A model generated the notes under the pieces. It did not search any database and was not told the origin of the DNA. It worked only from the letters and a program-made list of their open reading frames with translations. Shown here in pieces: positions 1 to 12,784 of a DNA stretch of 64,000 nucleotides; the stretch's first letter is position 1, and each line of letters begins with the position of its first letter. Where the stretch lies: the NCBI GenBank assembly GCA_028534125.1, contig CM052818.1:21330001-21394000 (forward strand), written 5' to 3'. The DNA is from Lama glama. Lineage: Eukaryota. A program made the position numbers and the translations under genes.

Positions 1-895
1 CAGTGTTGATAATTATCCATTTATCTAAGTTTCCAAATTTTTTAGCACAAAGTTGTCTGTAGATTATTTTATGATTTAAAATTTTCTGCTGCTTCTGTAG
101 TTATGTCTCCTTTCCCTACCCAAATCATTATTTGTATATTCTTTCTACTTTCTGTTTAATCTATTAATCTGTTAGAAGTATACTAAAATCTCCCATTGTA
201 ATTTTTTATGTAAAAGTTTTCCCCTTATAATTATGTTAGTTTTTACTTTATATGTTTTGAAGCTATTTTATCAGGTACATGTAATTTCATGGTAATTAAT
301 GCCTTATTTGTTCATTGTTCTATTTATCATGCAATGTTTCACACTGTCTGTATTTATGCCTTTTTCCTTAATTTTTATCTGATATGAATAGTTATTTTGA
401 TTAGTATTTGCCTTGTATATAAGTGTATTTTGTTTTTGAAAATGAATGGTATATTATACACATAGATTTGTACCTAGCTTTTGTGAAAAAAGTTATTGGG
501 GGAAAATAACATGCACATAGAAAAGGAAAAAAGCACATACAGAGAGATTTAATGACTATAAAGTGTACACCTGTGTGACCACCACTCAGATCAAGAAACA
601 GAACACTGCCAGCACTCCACAGCCTCCCATTTGCCTCTCCTTAATCATCCGTTCCCTCCCTCCCTCCCTGCAGAGGGAAGCATTCTCTTGACTTTTGTGA
701 TCGTCATCGCCTTGTTGTTGTCTATAGTTTCGCCTTCTCTGAATGCATCTCTAAACAATAAAGTTCAGCTTTAGCTGTTTTTCAACTTTATGTTAATGGA
801 ATCATATTGTATACCTTCTTTTGTGTCTTGCTTTTTTTTTTTTTTTGCTCAATATTACATTTTTAAGATTGATCCTTGTTGTTGAATGTAATGCA
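1..895 (-). mobile_element. Old LINE-1 (L1M, L1MD/L1ME-like) fragments, antisense
   Basis: T-rich degenerate sequence. 560-895 carries typical antisense L1M 3'-end motifs (accaccactcagatcaagaaacagaaca; aatggaatcatattgtat...tttgtgtcttgctttt...gctcaatatt). Confidence 0.65.
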
Positions 896-2288
896 CTTTG
901 CTTTTTCCACTTACAAATATATCTTGGAGATTGTTCCAAAGCACCGCATGGAAGAATAATGATTTATTCAACCAGGCAGGGTCAGAGAGAAGCCTTGTGA
1001 GAAATGGAGAACAGGTGAGCAAGTGGTGGATGGAGGATTTCAGAGATTTCTGTGGATCCCTCTTAATGGCCAAGGCTGACTGGGGACAGTTAACAGCGCT
1101 GGTAGCACAGGCTGCTACACCCTCAACAACTTCTCATTTGCTTTGTCTCTTGTCCACCCTGTGGGTGGACTGGGAAGCTGCTTGGCTCATAGAGTCACAG
1201 AAGACAAAGAGGAAAGGGAACACTCACTTGCCTTTCCTCCCAGTGCAGTGTAAGTTGGAATAGTCTTGTTTCTTTACTGTTAATAACATACCCACCTATT
1301 TATATTTATCACCACTTCTCCTACATTGCAGAACCCTCTTCCCTTGCCCCCGCGTGATCATGGAAATATTAGAGCAATACTCTTTTCTCAGTTAACCTTT
1401 CCTGCCAGGATAGTTTATTTTTGAGAGGAAACATTTGATAAAGCTCAGAGTAATTTTAAATACATGATTTGCCATGTTAACACTTGTCACTTATCATATG
1501 CACTTCAGTCCGACCTCCCTGCCATTCTGTTAACCTTCAGAGGCGCGTTAAAGCAAGCCATTTGCAGCTGCCCTGTGAAAACTCTGCATTTAAATTGCTT
1601 TTCCTCCCTTCCCCAAATTTTCCATAACTATAAATAAATTTAATTACCATTCCAAGAAGTGTAAGCAAATCTTCTATTACATTTTTTAATCTTTTATCTC
1701 CTTCTTATTCCTCCACCAAATATACAGCGTATCAGGCAGCCTCTTTGCTTCGAGTGGCACTAGTCCTCTCACAGCGATCCTCCCACGAATGAAAATCTGA
1801 ATCTCTTTTCCCTTCCATCCAACTGAGTTTCCCGAGAGTTTCAGTGCAGCCCAGCACTCCGGGGCCTACCCTGCAGCTATAAGCGTTTCTGTAGAGGAGG
1901 TCATGGGGAGCCAACATTAGGGGCTCCTCAAATGCCCTTCTGGCCTCCTTCCACTGGCACGGAAATGGAGCACACCCAAGGTTGCGGCCTCACCACGGCA
2001 CAAATGCAAAGTTCCTTCTGTTACCATGAGGTCAGGTCCAAATGACATCTTGAGAAGGCAGACTAATAACAATTTACCCTGAAGACTTTATTCTTTTCAA
2101 AGCATAAGGCGTTATCATTTCATTTGTTCTTTTGACTTTCCATTATATAATACTGTTATCAACCTAGTAGATGTGTGATACCACGTTATCAACTATATAT
2201 TTCATTTATTCTTGACAAGGTCTTTATAACGTCAGGAGGACAGGCATTTTCCTACCCTCCTTGATACACATGGGAAACTAAAGGCACA

Positions 2289-2323
2289 TTACATACACGC
2301 ACACACACATACACATACACACA
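2289..2323. repeat. Imperfect (CA)n microsatellite
   Basis: acatacacgcacacacacatacacatacacacac. Confidence 0.8.
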
Positions 2324-3037
2324 CCCGTTTACCTCCAGAGTTGCTTATTTGACTGCCACGCTTCTTGCTTTCAAGCCACCTCCTTCCTCTCTCCTCCTTT
2401 CTTAGTCACAACAAAAACTCCTCTGTAGTGACAGCAGTGGGGTTTAGAGAAGGGGCTGCTACACTCCTTCCCCAGAACTGCTGGGGGTAAAGCACGTGTG
2501 TCTGGGTCTACATTCCAGCCCCTGGAGCTTTCTGTGCCTGCTGGCCCCTCCCTCAGTTTGCCCCCCAAGATCCTTGCTGCCTCTCACCTCCTCAGATCCC
2601 TGCACAGAGAATCAAGGGTCCAGGCTTACTTTATTCTTTCTCATCCCGGGGTCCTACACCATCCCTCAAGTACCTCCCTTTCTGAGCCCAGGACTCTGGG
2701 AGGGGTGATCTGGCTGCCTGACTGCCCACTCTTGGTTTGGCCACAACACCAGCTGCTCTGGGCCTTTAGGTTCTAGGATCCTGGAGACGGTCCTTCTAGA
2801 ACTGAGCAGGGATCAGGAAGAAGCGGGACATGTTGCTCAGATGGGAGCAGGAAGATCTAAGCAAGAGAAACACCAAGAAGGGCTGGAGAGGACCCTGAGC
2901 CTTCATTCTAAGCACAGCAGCACTGGCCGATTGGGGGACCATTCCCGGTGGTCTGTCTACTAATGGTGAGCTAAGTGGAGGATAAACTCATGCACGACAT
3001 TCAGGGAAAACTGTCAACACTGCTGCCCACTCATAGC

Positions 3038-3296
3038 TAATAATAACAGTAATAGTAATGACGATAAGAATTTCCGTGTGCCAAGCACCCCTTCAAGTGC
3101 TTTATATGTAATAACTCATTTAATCCTCCAGCAATCCTATGCAGGAGGTCATAATATTTCCCGCATTTTACAGGGGGAGAATTGAAGTACAGGGAGGTGA
3201 GCAGGTTTTCTAAGGTCACACAGTTGGTAAGTGGTTGAGTGAGGATTTAAAATCAGAGATCTGGCCTCTAGAGCCCATACTCTTAACCATTACACT
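3038..3296 (-). mobile_element. MIR SINE, near full length
   Basis: Reverse-strand MIR core: aactcatttaatcctccagcaatcctatg...cattttacagggggagaattgaagtacagggaggtgag...aaggtcacacag...actcttaaccatt. Confidence 0.9.
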
Positions 3297-4137
3297 CAAG
3301 AGTCGGTGATGGCGAGACAACATTTAAACCTGGGTGTAACAGGTTTATAACTTGGGATGCCTCAAGCTGCGAGTATCAGAAACTGCATTTCAAAATGACT
3401 TACACATTAACCAAGGATGAACCTTGGAGACGAGAGACCATTTCTTCCTGGGGAGGAATGGGTTTCCTTAGGAGAGAGGAAACATTTCCCAGAAGGCTTC
3501 CGGCACATTGATCCACATGCCACTCTCCAGAATTACATCACACACCTGTGCCTACGGGGACCATCATGACCATCTTGGACCAATCAGGACTTGCTCTTTG
3601 GAGCTGGAACCAGAGCCAGCTTCCCCTGAAGTAAAAGAACATATGGAGCAGGTGGTACCTGAACACAACAGGCTGTTAGGAAGATGGGTTCGGGGTGGGG
3701 GTGGTGGGGAATGGAGTGGATGCTGAAAAGACACCCAGCCGCATCTGCTGGGACTTTATAAAATAACACTTAACAAAGTCATTTATGAGTCATGTTCACC
3801 GCAATGGCATCATACTTGCTAAAACGTGTCACAAATACCTGTTAGATTAAGCTGCTCTAAGGTTTTTTTAGAAAAAATATATTGCAGCATCATCTCTTTA
3901 GTAGCTCACTTGATACAATCACTTTCTCATAACAGCTTGAAAACATAAAAGTAGCTGGGGTTCCTGGTGCAATTTTGATAATAAGTCACTAAACTTCTTT
4001 TTCACTGGAGGCAGTTGAGGACGAGGGGAGAAGGAGGTACATGGAAGAGGTGAACATGGATAACGTGTCCTGAAAGAGCAAATCACTACCCAGCCCCTAG
4101 ACCCCGTTGCGCACGCGCACGCGCACACACAGAGGAC

Positions 4138-4290
4138 CACAGTGGGTGAGAATCCTGGCTACAGAGCCAGAGACTAGGTTCAAGACCTGGCTAGGATACA
4201 ATACGAACTGTTGGCTTTGGGGAAGGGATTTAATCTTGTCAAACCCTAATGTCTTTATCGTAAAAGAGGGATGAAGGCCCGTAGGAATTT
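4138..4290 (+). mobile_element. MIR SINE fragment
   Basis: cagtgggtgagaatcctggctacagagccagagactaggttcaagacctggct...ctttggggaagggatttaatctt resembles the MIR 5' half. Confidence 0.65.
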
Positions 4291-4339
4291 GTGAGGAGCT
4301 GGGCGCTTTCCTTCCCCTCTCCGCCACATCCGTTCAGCT

Positions 4340-4700
4340 GGCAAGTCCTCCTGGCCCCTCTCTAACACCTGGGATAGTCACCCCACCTCTCCATCATCTT
4401 TCACACCACCTTAGACCTGGACTTACTATAAAAGTTCCCTGACTGGCTTGAGTTCTCTGCAATCCATTTGCCTCACAATGCTAAGAGAAACCTTTCAGAA
4501 ACACACATCTAATCATGCCGTGCTGACGGGATAAAGCCAAACTCAGTGGTATGGGCCACCAGGCCCTGGGACTGGGTCTGCCTGGCTGGTCGCACCTCCC
4601 ACCTGCCCCCAGCCCCGCTGCCCTGCCCTTCCTGATGCACCTTGCTCCCTGGGTGCACTTCTCCCTTCACCAGAAAGGCTCTCCCTCTTGCCTGACAGGC
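4340..4700 (+). mobile_element. L2 LINE fragment
   Basis: acctggacttactataaaagttccctgactgg...caatccatttgcctcacaatgctaagagaaacctttcagaaacacacatctaatcatg resembles the L2 3' region. Confidence 0.55.
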
Positions 4701-4719
4701 AAATGCATCCTCCTCTTTA

Positions 4720-4936
4720 GAGAAGTTTGGAGTCAGTTGCCAACTGAATTCTATCTCAGCTCTACCACTAACCAGCTATGTGACCATGGGAAGTAGTAAC
4801 CTGATCCTTCTGGTTCTCAAGTTCACGATGGGTCCAGGGCTACTTGCAGGGTTGTGACAATTAGACCACAGGTAAGGACAGCGCCCGGGACAGTGCCTTG
4901 CTCCGGGTAAGTTTCTCTGAGACAGTTATTATTATC
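4720..4936 (+). mobile_element. MIR SINE
   Basis: tttggagtcag...tctcagctctaccactaaccagctatgtgaccatgggaagt...cagggttgtg...acagtgcct. Confidence 0.75.
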
Positions 4937-7900
4937 ACTTCCTCTGGGAAGAATTTCCAAGCCCCTTGGCTAGAACAGCCCCTTCCTCGCTTCTACATGA
5001 AACCCTTTCTATGGGCCTACTCCAGCATCCCTAACATGTTTGGAAATGAGTAGAACATTCGTTTCAGTTCAAAGTTTTCCCCCATCCTCACCATCCCCCA
5101 CCCCATATTATAGCTCCTGGAGGGCAGGAACTGGTTTATTTCATTTTAAATCCTCAGTGTCTGGTCCAGAGTTATTTCTCAGGGCAGGTGCTTTCCTAAA
5201 TGTGTGTCCATCCTGGACCAATTAACAATCCATCAATGACTTTCACAGAACATCATCCTTGTGTCCAGCCCCGTGCCATACTCCGGCCAAAATTCTCCAG
5301 GGAGATGCCAGAATCCAGGCTACACTTGAGAGTACAAGCCCAGTAGGTATAACAGCCTTGACTTTCATCAGTCCATGTCCCCTGGGTAACGTAGTTGGGT
5401 CCCCCGATATGCCTGGCTGACCCCATTGTCCTCCCTGCCCACTACCATCCAAGACTGGATGTGAGCTTATTTAAACACACACATAAATACCCGAATTGCT
5501 CTTCCCTCTCCCCTCTTCTCTGGTGAGCAGAAAGTAGCAGGCCAGGGCCACTGTGTGTCCATGGTGTCCCCTGAGTCAGTTTGTCAGGCTCGTCTTCAGA
5601 TGAGGCAAGTACTTCCACACAGGACAGGCCTCCAGCAAGTTCCCCTGGGAAGAAGGGGCATGCAGATCTGGCCTCGGGGAGCAGAGGTCAGATGGTTGGC
5701 TGGGTTCCTGAAAATAGTCTTCATGTCCACAACTTTTTTTTTTTTTCCCCCCGTGAGCCTGTGGACAAGGCTAGACTGAAAGTCTGGTTCAGCCCCACTC
5801 CTCCCCCCAAACCCACTCCATTTTTATATTGCTCCAAGGTTAATAGCCATGTCGTGTGGGGTCATAGAAGACATCTGTGTCTCAGATAATATGCTTACGG
5901 TGATTACCACACATAATTGACTGACCTTCCCTCATTCTTTCCCGGCTGCAGGCCACAGCTGATAGGATGAACAAGCCACAAGAGTTTATTTTCTATCACA
6001 CATCATTGTGCTGCTGAGCAAATATGTTAGCAAGCTTTGAATGAACCTAGAGCTCTAGGTTTTCAGAGTTAAAATAGGAAGCGATGACCAACCTAATAAT
6101 ATGAGATTTGAAATCAGCTTTGGGCCACCCTACTTAGAGCACTGTTGTGGGTCTCCCGGAAAACCAGGTTCGGGGCATGAACGCTGTAGAATCCTCTTCC
6201 CTTCAGTGTCATCCTTCTTCACGTTGCTTTGGGGGGGACTGGGGAATCTTGACACTCCTCATTGAAGCCTCTGGGTCTTTAGAGGGAGAGAAAAATCAGC
6301 CCTTGTGTACCCAGCCTACCACAGGTCCCAAAGGGTAAATGGAGCCCAGTATTTTGGAGTCAGCCCACCCCATCATCTCACCGGCCACAAGAGGCCCAGC
6401 CACCAGCTCCTGCATCTACCTCCATCACAGGTCCCCACGGCCTCAACAAAGAATATCCTAAGCTCTCAGCAACAGATCCCTCCCTTTGCAAAGACAACGA
6501 AGACGCCTCATCCCAGAGCGAATGGAAAACTAGGAGACTGAAATGAAAAAATTCCCCAAAGCAAACTTCAAAATGTTACATTAAGATTTTAAAACTTTTT
6601 AATAATGTTTTCCCTTAGCTCTGTTCCATCTATCTAGCAATTAATCCATCAGCCTTCACATAATACACACCTACAGGAAACGTGATTACACGTCTCTGGG
6701 CTGGATTCCACTGTGAATTACTAATATGTTAACGCTAGGGAATTCCAAGCTCCTGTGTCGTTCAGCAGTCCCTCTCCCAGCCCACCCCTCCCAAATAAGT
6801 CCTTGTGTGTCACAGAGGACAAGGGTGGGGCTCAGTGGCTCCACTGGGATGGGGTCCCTAGCCCCAGGGAACTGACCAGGGTCTAACTCTCAATGGCACC
6901 ACCTCACCCAGATCTGAAACCTCAATGTTTGCACTTAAAACTCACATCAACTCTCCAGACCTCTCTAGTGCTGCATTTGGGGAGACTAACTGGAAAGCAA
7001 GTGTCGACCAAGTTTTCTGCCACAGTTTATCACATGAATTGCTGCTTCAGTCATTTTAATTTGTGCAATAACCGAAACTGGGTTCTAGTTGCCACTTAGA
7101 GAAATCCACCTGGAATTGTCAGTTCAACATTTCACAAAAGTCATCCATGTCTCCTGTGGGCGGGGGAGGGACCAAGGGAAAGGCGGGGTGGGGGTGGGGG
7201 GAGAGACTGTGACTGCTTAACAGAAAAATTATACATATTCTAAACATATGGGTGATCTTTAGAAAATCTCAGCATCACTTCATAATTATATACTACAAGT
7301 TTTAATTAACTAAAGCTCTGCAAATCATAATGCCTTATTAAAATGCAATTAATCCTTTGATTAAAAAACAAAAAGCACAAGTATTTACAACAAAAACACA
7401 AGTAGAATAATTACAAATATCATGTACCCATTTCTTTTATTTGGGTGTCACTTATGATGTTGCCTGCTCCCTTCATTAATTCAAACACACACATTATCTC
7501 GCATCCACAGCAGCGTGAGTGACAGTGGCCACCAAACACACAGCACTATATCCTATTGATTTCGGCAAATCCTGAACAATGCCATTTGCATGCTTGTTTC
7601 TGTAATAATAAAGATATGCCATTCAGAATTAAAGCCCGGCCAGGCTAGTGGCAACTAATTGTGTTGTATGTAATGAGTGCAATTTCAATTTGATATCACC
7701 CTCAGCTTTTCTTGCCGCACTCGCTAAGTACTTTCAAGTCTTTGTGGGGAAATAATTGATTTTTTTGTGCTGTGGGCACAAGAAAATTATTATGATCTTT
7801 TGAATAATGCCAAAGAAAAGACCATGAATGATTTAAATTGGTATATGAAGAAGGCTTCACCGTGGACTGCGGCTTGACTGACATCCCGCTAATGCAGTAT

Positions 7901-10329
7901 CTAGATTAGCGGTTTTTAAGGAGGCAGCTAATATGAAACTAGTAAAACAGAAAAGGTTGCTACCAGGATTGGGTGGTGGTGGTGGGGTGGTGGTAGTGTC
8001 CCATTTTACTTGGTATCCGGGGAGGACCAACAATTTGGGGATTTAAGGCATGACATGATTACATAATTGCCTGGCCCTCACCACCGAGGGTATGTTTCCA
8101 CTGATAAATGACATTTGAAATGGGCAGATAGGAGAGAGCTGAAGCGGGATGGTGAGCGTGACTGCAGTTCAGCTGGATGGATGCAACTGCGGTGGGCAGA
8201 GCCCCAGGCCTGGAACATGAAAGTTAGCATCTTTTTCTGACATTCAACTCCAAGAAGAGATTGAGAGTAGGGTGGTAAGGGAGAGACTTTCTTTCTTAAT
8301 CTTCCCACTAGGAACAACTGCTCAGTCTCATCATGAGCATGGCATGGGTCTAGCAGCTAAAGTCCCTTTTTAACCTGGGATGGTAACAGGAAAGGAAATC
8401 TAAACCTAAGACAGGTTTCCTTTGTGCCCATGAAACCTCAGATCTGCAAACCCAACCAGGACAACTGGTCCCCCTCCCCTTTCTCCACCTCCCCATCCCC
8501 CAGCTGAGCCTTCCATCCCCAGTGTGGCAGCCTTGACTTGAACAACGAGGAAATAAGCACCTTAGGAGGATGGATCACCAATTCAAAACACAATTCCACC
8601 TTAAAATGCATCCACCTTCCAAATCTCATTCTTCAGAGGAGGGAGTGTTGTTAATTTAGTTGGTCATAACTAAATAGTTTCTAATCTGGAGCAGGAGGCT
8701 GCTGGGAATATTGGACAGTTTAAAGGTTAATCACCATCGCCTGGTTACACAAGTGAGGCAGAACTAATTCCTCCAAAGGCAAATGGCTTGCAGTTTTATC
8801 CGCAGTGCAGATTAGAAGTGTTAATATACAGAACAGAATGGACGCTTAAGGGCCGGTTTTCCCCTTATCGGCAAACTTTGCAACAGAACTCAGCTCCCGC
8901 ACAACCTCTGCACTTCTATAATAAGGCCCCTTATTTTGCCTCTCGAGCAGAACTATCAAACAATCCTGTCCAAACCACTGCCACCAAAATCAGGGTATTA
9001 CAGACCACGGCTAATTGGAAGATCACTATAATGAAGGAAAAGATAAAATACTTTGGCTGTTGGCCTAAAATGTGGATCAACCCAACATAGGAAGCTATCT
9101 TGCTATGTCACATTCTGAGAGATTTACATAAACAATAAACTCAATCCAACCGCCCCCCCCCCAAATACATCTTTGTTTACAGTAAATGCAACCTAAAACC
9201 AGACTGGAGGAGGCGGGAGAGGTACTTTACATAGGCAATATGATTAGGCCAGCAGTTTTGCAACTGTGCAGGAGAGCAGGGACTGTATTTCCTCTCTTGC
9301 AATCAGCAGGGAGAAAATGGTTTTTAATGTTCTCCACGCTTCCTATATCATAGATATTTAAATATTTGGACCACTCAGTATGCTAAAACGCTTGTACCAG
9401 CCACACAAGTTGACTTCCATATTTCTGTTAAGGCTGCAGGTACCCTTCCAGGGGAGGAGGAAGGGGAGGGTTAAAGGCTGCCAGAGGCTGGTACCCAAGT
9501 GAGCTGGTGGGTTTTCCTTCGGTGACTCTGGGGAAGAGGTGTGGATGCAGGTATGAGATGCAGGTAGTGTTTTAAGAGAGTAAAATTAGAGACCACCAAC
9601 CTCATCAATGAAGGATGGGCATGCATCCTTGATGGGAACTTCTCACTATAAGAAGACCAAACATTCCAGACACATGAGGAAGAGACTCGCTTGGGGGGCG
9701 GGGCATGCACTAAAAGCAGGTCCATCCAGGTGATGCATTCTAGAATAAGTCTTCATTTTTCCCCAGGTATACCATGCAGCCTCGATGCACCCATCTCCCA
9801 AGCATTGTTTAGTGATTTTTCACCTCTGGCTGATGGCTTTCTCTTGGACCCTGAAACACCTATCTTTCCTGAGCCTTAGGGTAGCTAAAAAAGGCGGGTT
9901 CCTATCTGCAATAGATTTCTGCCAGTCTCTTATTCAATTTCTCATTCTTTTACTGTGCAAGATCCTGTAAGAAGGAGCCCTGCTTTTGTTTCAATGGCCC
10001 ACAGCACCTGGCAGAGTGTTCCCATTAGGCACCTCATAATTTATACCCACTGACTCATGGGCTCTATATCTACTTTTTGAATACTGTAGAGGATACAGGC
10101 TGCCTGCAAGGAACTAGTAAGCTTATGGGGCAAGGCCAAGACTAGCCCCTGAGAGTTAGTACACTCTGGGAGATAAATGTCCACAAGATAAAAGGGAAAG
10201 TGTGTTGTGATAGTGTGACTACTCAGCCAAGATGAGAAGGACCTTGGGAGTTGAGGATGGTGAGGACTGTGTGGTCTAATTGATCAAGGAGCCTGAACAG
10301 GGCCTGTAAATCATTTCTGTGCTTGGTCA

Positions 10330-10480
10330 TTTTTTTCACTCAGCAAACACTTATTCTGCTTCTACTATGTCCCTGGCAATGTTCTAGATACCGGGAATGC
10401 AAAGATGAGGAGAGCAAGGCCCCTGTCACCAGGACGCCCATCGGGGGAGATGAGGAAGAGGGACTAACACATAAAGCAAT
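10330..10480 (-). mobile_element. L2 3' end fragment
   Basis: cactcagcaaacacttatt...ctactatgtccctggcaatgttctagataccgggaatgcaaagatga. Confidence 0.7.
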
Positions 10481-11249
10481 GACCCCAATGCACTGGGGCC
10501 TTGCCACTCCTGATTTAATAGGTGAGACTTCAGCTCACGTTAGGAGTCAGCATTAAGGTCCATGACACACAGCCATTACTGCTGAACGGCGGCTGTAGGG
10601 GAGGTCTGTACATGGAGGGAGACACTTGGTCGATGATGGGACCTGGCCAACAGCCAGTTTAGCAAGCACAGAGACCATAGTAGCCGAGGGGAAAGAGAAG
10701 CCCAGGGAGGACTTTTTAAAAATGGGCACATTCACAGCATGTTTATGTGCTGGTAAGACTTATCCAGCAGAGAAAGGAACAAAAATGGTGGTGCAGGAGA
10801 GAGAAGATACAATGACTGGGAGCAGAGTCCTCAATTACAGGAGGAGGTGGAATCCAGGGGGACCAATGAACTCATCCCCGTTTGCCCAGGACTTGCCCAT
10901 GTTTTGGTTGGTTGATTGCTGACAAGATAAAAAGGTGGTTCTCTTTTGATGTCTTTATTTATTTTTTTCCCAGTGAAATAAAGAATATTGTGTTAGCTGA
11001 GAGTAATGAAGGAGAAGGAATTAAGGGTTTGAGGAGAAAGGAAAAGGTGGGAATGCTGGTCTGGAGGAGGGGAGAGGGAACAACCTGGGGAAACACATTA
11101 GGGCTTCCCTGCAGGACCAAGTGACCCCCTGAGAGTTGCGGTGATGGTTGAAAGGGAAGCCAGTCAGCATGGCTGTCTGTTTTCCCCCAGACTCGTTCAA
11201 TTGTTGAGAAGCCAGGACCACATAAGTGGGGACAAGCATGTGACTTAAA

Positions 11250-11500
11250 TTTGCCCTGGCATTAATTCAAGCTCCCCTTCCACATGGGCTTTATCTCAAA
11301 TGTCCACTCCCAAATACTCCTAGTTTTGATATTCAAGGGAGAATCTGATAGGCTGAGCTCACTAACTTGAATGAGCTTCTCTTAAATCTCATGCCACCCT
11401 GGTCCAATTAGCTGCAGCCGGAGGGAAGACAGGATAACACAAGAGGAGTCCTGGCCATCTAAACCCGCTCCTTCAGATGGCCTGTGGGCAGAACTCTGTT
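11250..11500 (-). mobile_element. MaLR LTR fragment (MLT1K/L-like)
   Basis: gggagaatctgataggctgagct...catgccaccctggtccaattagctgcagccggagg resembles an old MLT1 motif. Confidence 0.45.
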
Positions 11501-11836
11501 CCCAGAAAAGAGGACAGAGCTCCAAGCTATGGTATCTGTTTTATAGCTCAGGCTATATTCTGAAATATGAGGAAACTCTCTGGTTGGTATTAGGGATCCT
11601 TATTTAATCCTCCACGTCGCCTCATCGTGTCAAGGACAGAGTAGGCAAGTCATTTAGGAAATTTAACTTTGGGATTGTCTCCTTGGAACAAAAGTTGAGC
11701 CCAACCTCTGGCCCAACCCCTCCTCTCCTGTCTGAATTCGCCACTGTCTTTTATTAGCAAGGCAGAAAGAGGGACAGAATTGGCCACCAAGGACTACTGC
11801 CTCTGTCCGGGAGGTCTCGAGTGGGCTGAGGGTGTC

Positions 11837-11936
11837 NNNNNNNNNNNNNNNNNNNNNNNNNNNNNNNNNNNNNNNNNNNNNNNNNNNNNNNNNNNNNNNN
11901 NNNNNNNNNNNNNNNNNNNNNNNNNNNNNNNNNNNN
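11837..11936. other. Assembly gap (100 N)
   Basis: Run of exactly 100 N, the usual placeholder for a gap of unknown size. Confidence 0.99.
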
Positions 11937-12530
11937 CTTTCTACCAGGTGTGGCATTGCTGGTGACAGAGGAAACTTCTCCCTTCTCCCCTCCGTGGTCC
12001 TGCCTCTGTCTGTAGGGAGGACAGAACCTCTCAGCCCTCTTCTCACCCAGAGGGTGCCGGGGGAACATTCATGCTCACTGTGCAGGCTCTCTCCCCGCAG
12101 GAGGAGGGGAGGCTCTTACAGCACAACAATCACTGCAAGTGAAAGCTTCACGAACACTTCGCCCACTTCGTCTTTTACTTCCTGCTTTGCATCCGCGTGG
12201 TGGTGGGGTCTGGGTCCTTGGGCATTAGAGGCACTGACACTTTAACTATTTTGTCTGCTCTTTCTTTTCTCTACAAAGATGCTTCAAATTGGCCTTTCCT
12301 AGCACTGTCCCCTTAAGTTCTGGGGATAGAATAGGCAGAGATTTGGGGAAAAGGAATGGCAGTTACCACTTTGACCTGAAGCCTGAACCACATTCCCTAG
12401 CCCTGCTTTTTTTAGAGACCTGCTTTGGGGGGGTGTCCAGCTTCAGCTCAGAGACTCTTAAAGCTATACCTTGTTTCATAGTTGGCTACTGATCCTTGGC
12501 TGCTATTCATCCATCAGAATCTCAGAGAGG

Positions 12531-12665
12531 GTCAAAGACAAATACTGTATGATAGTACTTATTTGTAGAGAATAGATCTTAAACGTTCTTATCATAAGAA
12601 AAAAAATGAGTAACTGTGAGCTGATGGACATTGACTAAACTTATTGTCTTATTGTGGTGATCATT

Positions 12666-12696
<31 letters not shown>

Positions 12697-12784
12697 TATA
12701 TATATATATATATAAAATCATTATGTTCTACACCTAAAACTAATATAGTGTTACAGCCCAATAAAACTGGGGGCAGTAGAGGGG
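12531..12784 (+). mobile_element. 5'-truncated L1 3' end (L1MA-like) with internal (TC)n(TA)n
   Basis: gacaaatactgtatgat...agaatagatcttaaacgttctt...ttgtggtgatcattt...aaatcattatgttctacacctaaaactaat. Flanked by a 15-bp TSD, agaatYtcagagagg (12516-12530 / 12785-12799). Confidence 0.85.

Noticed and set aside
11663..12245. ORFs spanning the N run
   Set aside because: They are artefacts of the assembly gap.
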